A DNA stretch of 64,000 bases, from positions 3,890,303-3,954,302 of the forward strand of contig CM082582.2 of the NCBI GenBank assembly GCA_040954595.2. Direction: 5' to 3'. The position numbers were made by a program, and so were the translations under genes. A model generated the notes under the pieces. The model saw nothing but the letters and a program-made list of their open reading frames with translations, searched no databases and was not told where the DNA came from. This DNA is from Balanoglossus misakiensis (taxonomy: Eukaryota; Animalia; Hemichordata). This document shows, piece by piece, positions 54,322 to 64,000 of the stretch. Numbering within the stretch: position 1 is the first letter of the stretch; every line of letters begins with the position of its first letter.

Positions 54322-54471
54322 CAGTAAAACCTGTCTATTAAGTCAATAGAGAGGTGTCCTGAATAGACAGGTAAAATTCTATTCAAATTGCGACTTGAAA
54401 AATCTGTCCTTTATAGAGAGGTGTCCCTATATACATGTAGTGAGAAATGTCCATAATGACAGGTTTCACTG
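54322..54471 (-). mobile_element. pogo/Tc1-type MITE family B, inverted copy
   Basis: TA|CAGTAAAACCTGTC ... GACAGGTTTCACTG|TA; aligns with the reverse complement of 52369-52523. Confidence 0.85.
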
Positions 54472-57400
54472 TAGTACCGGATATGTAGGTACATGTTTTG
54501 TATGTACTAAGTCACTAATTGAGTGAGTAGGTATTTTATGATTGCCTGATAGAATCTAATATGATACTTGATTGGTGTAATAGTTCCTTTGTTTGACATG
54601 TTATTGAAAAGCGACTTTTATATTAGGGAAATATCTTATATACTTTTGTGGAGTTTTTAGGGCAGTTCTACTGTGTAGTTACATGTACATCTGGTTTGTA
54701 GTGGGTTTGTTCAAGGAAGTCTCTGTTATGTTAAATGCACCAATGGAATTTCAACTATGTTGTCTTTTTGTGTGTTGGCTTACTTGAATTATTATGAAAG
54801 GTTTTGGTGTTCAATGCTATGGAGGTTATATGAGGACATTCTTTTCGAACGTGTAATGGAACTAGTCTCATTCCCTGGTAAGTAAGAATGACACAGTAAG
54901 TTCCATTATTGGTTGACTGTTGAAAAATATAGGTAACTTACTAAGATTGAAAAAATATAAGAATTCAGTGTTTCTGTCACTGACAGGTACGAAAATGACC
55001 TTTGACCCCATATTCAGCTACATGTACATGTATGATGTATGTCACATATGAAGGGAAACTGCTTAATGTCTTTTTAATGTGATTGCCAAAAAGTGCTTTT
55101 ACTGAATAAAGTTCTAAATTCTACTCGATCTGCCTGTGAGAAAGCTCATACAGTAAGTTGTGTGTCAAAGTCTGCTGCAGATGCATATTAGAATCACACA
55201 AGTGACCATAATACATGTATATGTACGTATAGTCAAGCAAACAGACATATTGGTTGGTATCCCAAGTTTCTGTTGCCGTGTACTTCAATATTTGATATAA
55301 TCTCCCTGTGTCCCTCCAAACAGACACCTGATGGTCATAAAACTTAATCTGTCAATACTTTATTGTAACTGTGTGACATCTTGTCCACAAATTATATTTT
55401 ATTATATATTATTTACAAACCTGACCTTGAAATGAATCTCCATTTGGAGCATTGGACAGTTTTATAAGCATGGCATCCAGGCTATCTACTTTGCATAGAA
55501 TGATATTTATTTGGCAGTACCAGGTCCCCTGTCAAATGATGCCATTCGCATGTTTGAAATATTAATATATCCTCCTTCTCCTTGCCAGAGAAGAATCCCC
55601 CCCCCCACATTTGAGACACCTGACATGAAAAGAAATGCCTGCAGCTAGCAATTGCCAAGTCTGGAAATCACCATCTGTAAATGACTAACCCCCCCCCCCC
55701 CCCCCCCCAAGCCCAACATTTGAGACACCTGACATAGAATTCATCTGGAACAGATACCTACATTTAAGTGTTACACTTAAATAGTCCAAGGTCTTAGAAA
55801 CCAGAACATTTATGGAAGTACAAATGTATAGATAATGTTACATGACAAGTAGATAACAACTCCAAAACTGAGTAGACATCATTGTTATAAAACAGTTGCC
55901 AAGGTAATTGTATGTGAACATTGGCATGGATTCGGCATTCTTAGCATTTTTCTTCTAAAAGCAGACTCATAATACGTGTAAAATTTTAGTAAATTTATAG
56001 GGCTTCTGCTAAAGACCAGAGAATGAATTGTCTATTATATAATTTTTAAAACTCAAGCTAGTGTTAGTTCATTCACAAAAAAGTTGATATTTCCTCAAAG
56101 CAAAAGTATGTTAGGGAGGCTGTCTAATATATCACCCAGCTTGTGCTATACGTCGCAAATTATACCCATATCTGGTGTATACCTGTCTTTGGTGGGGTTA
56201 TTGTTAAAAATATAACGTGATTTTAAACATTTTCAACCTTTCAAAAGTATTTTCTATATAAGTACAACATTTGGATGGATTTTATCTCACAACAGGTGAT
56301 TTCATGAAACAATTGAAATTCTTTCTATGACCTCATCAGATCACAGAGTAGAGGTCACGTGGAGTCAAACAACATGCAGCAGTTTGAAATTCCAAAGATA
56401 AACATGTTTTGTTGATTTACATTCCACCAGAAGTGAAAAACTTCTATTTTTGGGTGCCAAAAACCTTATCATTATTCCGAAGGGGATGGACTTTATTCTG
56501 GAGAGGAATTGATGCTGAAATCATGCTGTTATCTTTTTCAAAAGTCTGAAGTACATTTAGACAAGGAATCGGATGGTACAATGTACATGTGATTTGACTA
56601 CATACAAAATACCGGAGAGAGTATTCAACCACCTTAAAATGTATGCATGCATGCATGCATGAACAAGAGTGAATTTTGGACCATGTTAAAATGTAGTCAA
56701 GATGGTGCTGCTTGTTACCTCCACGATTTTTTGTTTCCATTTGATGTGTTTCTATCGTATTTGGTGTGTAGATGCATGTTGGACTCTAGGATTTTGTTGT
56801 CATTACCAAAATATGCAAATGAGCTGTAAAAATGATAAAAACTCAAGTTGGTTTGCATGTACCTTTTATAAAAAAAGATTTCATTTTGTTCGAATATGTG
56901 GAATTTGATACTTTTTTTCCAACTTTTATGTCAACAGTTTGCCTAATTGCTCTTTAATTTTGTGTGCAGGTTTCTTTCAGATTTGTCCAAATCATGGTGA
57001 AATTATCCATTTTGTAAGCAAGCATGTAAACAAATTCTGTCGCAGAGGTCTAGCTATTCTTTTCTTGTCTTGTTTAATTCTTCACTTGTGAAGTCAGAAT
57101 ACTCATCATGCATTTAGGAACATCTTGTGACTTCCCAATTAGCATGATTGGCTGTGAAAGTAAAACAGCATTTAATTGTCATCTTGTAGTACACTGTCAT
57201 TGTGTGGGGGTGACGGAACCCATTAGTGAAACTATCCACCAATTGTTACTCACACTCTTCCCCTCCAAGTGTAATCAAGCTGAAATGAATGAATGGGGTA
57301 CCTTACAGACAGCACCTAATTGGTAGAACAATAGCCAGGAATAGACAACACTACCATACTACAAAGGAACATGAGTGAAAAAAGACGCATTCTTTTTCAG

Positions 57401-57521
57401 CTTTATCTATAAACAGATGGATTAACTTGATAAATGTTTCAATTGAATACAAAGGCTTTGCACCTCAAATCATTGTGTCAACAAAAACTAATGCGAGAAC
57501 CAGGGATTGAAAATTGCCCCT

Positions 57522-57614
57522 TTAACCCCTTCACCACCATGGTTCAGTCCAAACCTATTGTTTTCTATGGTAAGGTTGGACCTCTGAAGAGGGAACTGGG
57601 GGTGAAAGGGTTGA
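57522..57614 (+). mobile_element. ~95-bp TTAA-MITE family A
   Basis: TTAA|CCCCTTCACCACCATGG...GGTGAAAGGG|TTGA. Confidence 0.8.
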
Positions 57615-58094
57615 AAGAGTTGATCGAATGTATGATGAGAGATAGACCTTCACGCAACAGCTATAAAGATGACAACAGTTGTTCTAGCCCTGAAATTCCT
57701 TCTATTGTCTGCAGGACAGTGAAAGTTGTAAAGATTCACAATAGAAAAAGTTTAAATACATCGAGAGTATTGCATAAAACCCAGACATACAGTGTATCGT
57801 AATGCCTTCTGGTGATTAGGTAAAAGTGTGAAAGAGCCAGATTTGCTGTTTTTATAGGAACCCTATTGTGTGTCTGTATATTCAAGTATTGTCTTGTTCA
57901 TTATTACTTGGTGATGCGACTACATGTAGTACCCATTTTTGTAAGACTTTACAAGAAATCTATTTCACTGTCATTTGGCTGTAGGTTGAAAGAAATCATC
58001 GGCAATATGAGAAGTCTTTAATGAAAGTCTTTGTAATTTTACTAGTATTGATCCTAATGACAAAGGGAATTTAATTAAGGGAAAATTTTCCTTT

Positions 58095-58179
58095 TAAAAC
58101 CCTTTAGCCACTGTGGTTTGGCTCAAATCCATTGTTTCCCATAGCAAACCTGAACCTCTACTGGGAGTGAAAGGGTTAA
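58095..58179 (+). mobile_element. TTAA-MITE family A, degenerate copy
   Basis: CCCTTTAGCCACTGTGGTTTGGCTCAAATCCATTGTT...GTGAAAGGG|TTAA. Confidence 0.7.
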
Positions 58180-60048
58180 ACATGCTGTCAATTGCCAATG
58201 CAAATACCAGCTTTATTTTGCTGGCCACAAGAAAGTAATTAGCAGTATGGATCACTTTGCTACATGTATGTGATATTTAGGGTTTATTACACGAATTTTG
58301 GTCGATAACGCCTCGTATTCGAGTGATGTCTGTATTTTGATGAGTTGCGGAAGTGGACACTTCACATATTCTGGGTGTTTATGGATTTATGGTCGATTCA
58401 TAGTTGTGTTATCAAAACAGTATGTGGACTTATGTAGTCTGTAGAAACACAGTGAAGTGTGAATTGATAATCACATGGCTGACTGGCTCAATGTCACACA
58501 TCAGTTTTCCGGTTTCTAAAATTGTGTAATGGCAGAAGCAAGAAAACAAAAACAAAGGACATGCAGGTATTCTTGACCAGTGAAGTGGCTTTGATTGCTA
58601 ATAACATTTTCTAATTTGGTTTGCAAAGGTAATTCCTATTTTTGTGACCTCAATATTTAAGATACTGAGCTGTTATCTTGGGAGCATTGTGATGATAGAG
58701 AACAAAAGATCACAATGGAATTGTCCTAGGTCTTGTCTCAATACCTGTGTAGTGAGTAAGTGGTGTTATGCTGTAAGCACATACCGTATCAGAGTGGTCA
58801 TTGAACTATTGCCATTGACAGATCTTGTTTATCAAGTCTTAAGAAGGCATGCCAGGTATGTCCAGCACCTAGATATCATGTGATGTTTACTTAATCAAAT
58901 TGTTTTGTGTGTTTGGGAGATATTTTTGTTGACTTAAGCTCAATTTATAATAGTTGGACCTCCTATTTTTTTTTTACAAACACTATAATTTATTGGAAAT
59001 AAATTAATATAATGCAAATATTATTTTGATGACAAAAACACCACTATAACATATACATGTATGGGGAATGATTGACATGTGATGCTGAAAGAAAGCTGTA
59101 CATAGGATATGCAAGTCAAAATTGGTAATGCTACTTGTTTTGATATTTCAGATCATGAGCGATAACTACTGTTAGCATATATTTTTTGAAGTCTAAATCT
59201 CAGCTACCGGAAATGATAATTATTCCCACCATTATCCTGTATTTTGCCTTACAGACCGAGTCACGTCACTATCTCATTCCACAAAGCTGATATTCGATCA
59301 TGCGTACGAAGTGATATAAATGATATACATGTAATATTGTTCACATGATTAGGTGTGGACCAGTTAAAGAGCTGTTTATTTGTAGATTGTAGAATTTAGA
59401 GAACATCTGTTCCATTACCGGGATATGAGATTTATATTTAATTTTTATTAAAAGTGCAGTGACAGTAACTAGTAGGAACATCGCGTTTTTCTGGACTTGA
59501 AAGATTATGACGGTAGGGATAAAAAGGGAGTACATGTATGCAGCTCGCTTACGAAAAGTGAGAAAGGCTCAAGTTTCCTAAGACAGTTTGTTGGTTCGGA
59601 AGTTCTTACAAAAGTGGGGAGGTGTCGATTTTCCAGAGTCAAATGTTGAAATGGGTACAGAAAACCAGGAATGACAGCATGTAAGATTTTTGTATCTTGA
59701 TAGCTGCTTTCTGATTGGTCAAACTTTTGTATGACCTCGAGGGCGCTTTCTACATTAAATATCAATGATCACTGCCATACAGTGCTGATCATGTCTACCA
59801 ATTAACAACTGATATGGCTAATATAGCACTGGAAATTTTAGAACAAAGTGCTGCTGGACCCTTTGTGTTTGTTTGCATTCTTCCAGAATCCTATTTTTAG
59901 TCCTTCTAATCACCTACAAGTAGAGAACATACACAGTTAATAGGATTAATCAGTGTTGTGAGATAAACAATATGGACAGTTATTTCTTTTGTGTACCCAG
60001 GTGTTGGGTATGAGATTGTCAGATGTGTTGGCCAGGTCCTTCTGTTCT

Positions 60049-60450
60049 TAGCCCAGAGACACAGGCCTCGATCTAGAATACAACGCCCGGTGACAGTCGA
60101 GAAATTTCCTGCTGAGCTGAAAGATAGTAGCCCTGGCAACGATCAGGGTCGCTTAGTAACGAATGGATAACGAGTGATCTATCAAATGTTGACGGGCGCC
60201 AGTGGTTGGATGATATAATTAACAAAGCTTGGTAAATCACTCCCACACCCCGTCACGGGAATTTCACACATGACTCCACCTCTATTTCCTTATTTAGAAT
60301 GCGATGATGTCATTTGGTTTACATTGAGTGACCAATTAGCTTACACACAAGATTTACCACCCGTGTCGTTCTGCGCACAGAATTCGGTGCGTAAATAGAG
60401 ACTGTCACCGGGCGTTCCTTTTCCCCTACTACGCCTGTGTCTCCGGGCTA
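60049..60450. mobile_element. 402-bp TAG...CTA non-autonomous element with 9-bp TSD (AcademH-like)
   Basis: TSD TTCTGTTCT at 60040-60048 and 60451-60459. TIR TAGCCCAGAGACACAGGC / GCCTGTGTCTCCGGGCTA plus inner AACGCCCGGTGACAGTC / GACTGTCACCGGGCGTT. Confidence 0.88.
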
Positions 60451-62494
60451 TTCTGTTCTGGTCTTTTCAAATCTTTGATATCAGAATATGGTGCGAAATT
60501 CCTAACTTTTGGCCGAATGTGAATATTTTGAGTTGAGATTTATGCAACTTCTTCAGCCTGGTACTCAATGAAATGATGGAAAAACTTTTATGCTAATTAA
60601 TTTGATGCTGTGGGATGTGAGTTGATGAACGATAAAATGAGATGAGATTGTAATCCATGTAATTACATTGTACAGTACTTCTTTCTGCATTGTCTTTGAA
60701 ATTTGAAATTAGGTCATATCTTGTTTAATCAACAAAAAGTCCTGTGCAAAGTAAATATTATGTAAGTATCAATAATTAAAAATGTCAGTGTGTGTACAAA
60801 GTAACAGATAGACAGATTTGATGTTGGAGTGAAGCCCAAACATGCACCAAGTGTAACCCTGTACCATGCTGTGATAATGGTGCCTTGGTACATACATGTA
60901 ATCCATACATTCTAGTCTGTCCAGGCCTTGCAAAATGACAGCGTTTATATCAAACGCAGACATATGACACATACCGTACACCCACTCAAACATACCACGT
61001 ACAAAGAATAAAAGCCCCCAAATAACAGGAAATTCTACGTTGTGAGGACAAACATCAAAGTACATGTATTTGAATTGAGTTGAATCTCACAGACGATAGT
61101 GTCATATTCTGCTTCTAGTTATCTGTATAAAATATATATGTACTTTCTCTTGTTGGATGTCAACCATTCTTGTTTTGGTGTACATGTAAGTATATGTACA
61201 TGTATGTAGTTGAATCCCAGTGCCAAAGAGTAAACGTAAATTCCCCACTTAAATCTGACAGTGTGGTGGAGTAGTGTTCTGCTGTGGTTTATGACTGTAA
61301 TCTAAAAGTAAGTATTTGTACACAGCTGTGTTGATTCAGGAAATCATGGAGTGTACTTGGCAAAACCAACAATACCACCTTCAGTTTATTTGTTGCCTAC
61401 TGTCAAGTTGTTGGCTGTGACCTTAACTGAAGGTCAATTGGTACTCACCATGGCAACTAAGAGACAGCCAGATCGGCTGTGGTTGATCATTCTCAGGTCA
61501 TCTGTGGTTGCAGCCTGTCATTGCTTTGCCAGTGCTGTTAGATTTATACTGTGATGTTTAATTGGTCCCCATGCACGGACAAAGTTTGTGTTGGGGGTGT
61601 GCTTTGCAAAACTTTCAAACTGTTGCACATACTGTATCACCAGGGTATTCAGTGTGTAGATGAATTATGTACTGTGACTGAAGATGAGATTTTGTTCAAT
61701 TGAGGTTATCCCTACCAAAAATATGCAAATAAGACAAACTGAGAAAATTGTAAAAAGTCAAGAACTCCAACAGTCTGGTCATAACAAGACATATCCAAGA
61801 CACATAAAGTAGGGCTTATAGGTCAGGGTGATATGCTTAATTTATGATGTGTCCATGCCCATGTTGATAACTTGCAACTGTTCATCGTAGGTTGGTTTGA
61901 TCAATTTCTGTCAAATGACGCGAGGTTGTGTGTATATACAATTGTACACTGCCATGTAACCTTTTGGAATTTTTTGGCATCTGTAATATTGTTCATGGCC
62001 TGCCACACAGAACTCTGCTATTTATTTTTGTATTAAATTCAGCTTTTTTGCATTTTGGGAAAGGTGTTCATTTTCTAGAGCAACAAGTCTCTTCATACAA
62101 GTTCTCTTGCCTGTTCAGTGTGATAACAGTAAACATGTGTCCGACATTGTGACCTTTCACTGAATTGGAGTCAGTGACCTGAATGACCTGGTGGTCAATA
62201 AATTAAACTGGTTTGTTTGTTGCAACGATTCAAAGAAGGGAGCCATTCTAGAGATTCACATTTAGAAAGGTTAATATAGAACAGATGTTTATAATATTTA
62301 ATATGAATTTTCTGATATCTCTTCTATGCTGCTTTTTCATCTCCTCATTTGTATTCCTAGACAACTACATCAACTGTGTCTGCTTGTATCTCATTATTGA
62401 ACAGATAATTTTGCTGAGATTAAATGACAAGTGTACAGGGCACTTGTTTTTGTACAGGGTGCATTTTAGATAAGGGAATTAGGACCTGTTGATC

Positions 62495-62594
62495 TTAACC
62501 CTTTCACCCCCAGTTCCCTCTATACATGTAGAGGTTCCAACCTTACCATAGAAAACAATGGATTTTGACTGAACCATGAAGGTGAAAGGGTTAA
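62495..62594 (-). mobile_element. ~95-bp TTAA-MITE family A, inverted copy
   Basis: TTAA|CCCTTTCACC ... GGTGAAAGGG|TTAA with both TSD copies intact. Confidence 0.88.
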
Positions 62595-64000
62595 AGGTCC
62601 ACTATGTGCATCTGTAACTTATGACTATTTTTTCAGTGTTTTTAGCTACTATAGACAATAGTCTGTCTGTCCAGCTGCTTGATTGCCCATCTGCCTGACA
62701 GCTTGTCTGTTCTTGTACTCACAACATTACATGTAGCTCTGATCATGTAATGCATTTATAATCATAAATGTACATGGAAAACGGAGCTACTGAGATTGTA
62801 AGATAGATGAGACAAGACAGGTGCAACTCTTCCATGACTGATACGACTTTTTCTTACGAAGTTTAAAAAAGGTGAATTAATGTTGACCTTCTTGTATAAC
62901 TGTGAACGTGTACAGTGTACCATGATGACAGGTTTTTGTGAATACTGTATTTGAATTTTGAAAAGTAGAAAGTTCAAAATAAATGTGATGAATAAAGAGA
63001 AGGTCAGAAACTCATATTGGAATGTTGATTAAACCAAACAGGACACGGAGTATTTACAATTGAAGTCAACTCATAAACATTCACTCGAGGACATTTTTGT
63101 TTTGGTGGTCAGAACATTTCCTGAAATGCCTTTTACTTCCTTCCTGATATCTGGATAATGCGTATGCTTTGTTGATATCGTCCATTTCTCCTGGCCTATC
63201 GTCCATTTCTGCTAGCCTCGGGATAGAAACTGAGAATGTTCTACTCTCCCAAATCTTGGCTTCTTTTTGTGATAATAATCAACTAATGGGAACATTTCAA
63301 GTATGATGTCATGATAGGAATTATTGTGCCCATGTGTTAGTCATATGCAACGCAGCTTTCTGTGTGATGTCTTCCGCACATATCTTCCGAAGAATTTATA
63401 GCGGAAGATATGTATGTAGTTATTTATTTTGTTTGTAGTTATGTTTCCTATGTTTATTAATGTGTAAGATTTTATTGACCCTGAAAGCATGCTTTGAGCA
63501 GAGTGAATTGTTTGTTGTATACCATAAGGGTGACCTTTTTTGTTTCAACTTCTATTTTTCTAAGCTTTTGACACGGTGGGTAGGTGGGGGTTGCTTTGAT
63601 AATTAAAATATATGATCCATGACATTGGTTCTGAACCATGCAATCTTGAAAAGCGAGGGGAGACTGGCGGGTCAGGAAACTGAACAGTGCCCTCTTGTGG
63701 TGAATAAATGTAATGTCTGTGTTATGATGGCAGAGACAATGATGAGACAAAAGCCATGAAAGATGCAGAGGTCATCATATATCATCAGTATTGTTTATAA
63801 CTAGAGACATGAGAATGAACACATCTATGGGGTGGTAATGTGTTTACCACATTGACTTTATTTTTGCAGACATTGAAATACTAGTGTCATAAGTTGTTGA
63901 CGTCACACCCTCACCATGGCAACGTTTCTGGTTGATATATAGAGTTGGATAAATTTAGACTGTGAACGCATGTTTTAATTCATCTTTTTCTGTGATTGGA

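Noticed and set aside
55598-55740. Direct repeat ACATTTGAGACACCTGACAT after poly-C runs
   Set aside because: Simple local duplication with no further structure.
43900-64000. Short ORFs in FHOD intron 2 as nested genes or FHOD exon 3
   Set aside because: No recognisable protein motifs or consistent exon chain; composition is intronic.

Overview
Animal genomic DNA: AT-rich, GT-AG introns, probably a marine invertebrate (deuterostome-like; taxon inferred, not shown). Genes in order: the 3' end of a ZFHX3/4 (zfh2-type) zinc-finger homeobox gene (+, stop 2890) with a probable ~3.4 kb 3' UTR; ~9 kb of intergenic DNA; a compact housekeeping cluster of two head-to-head pairs, RPL14(-)/LDHD(+) and POP4(-)/PYURF(+); then the first two exons of an FHOD1/3-type formin (+) and a >20 kb intron running off the window. 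All exon chains were reconstructed by hand and are phase-consistent. Non-coding DNA carries many non-autonomous DNA transposons with readable TIRs and TSDs. Main observations: (1) about 41 copies of the palindrome TACATGTA against roughly 2 expected, concentrated in introns and appearing as a +6 bp insertion at TA in one MITE copy, consistent with accumulated Tc1/pogo excision footprints; (2) a three-level nested transposon stack and a telomere-repeat-bearing MITE in the PYURF intron; (3) a ~154-bp-arm foldback element probably inside the POP4 3' UTR; (4) PYURF with no downstream PIGY cistron. No rRNA, tRNA, CRISPR array or prokaryotic system was found, and no clearly new protein-coding system.
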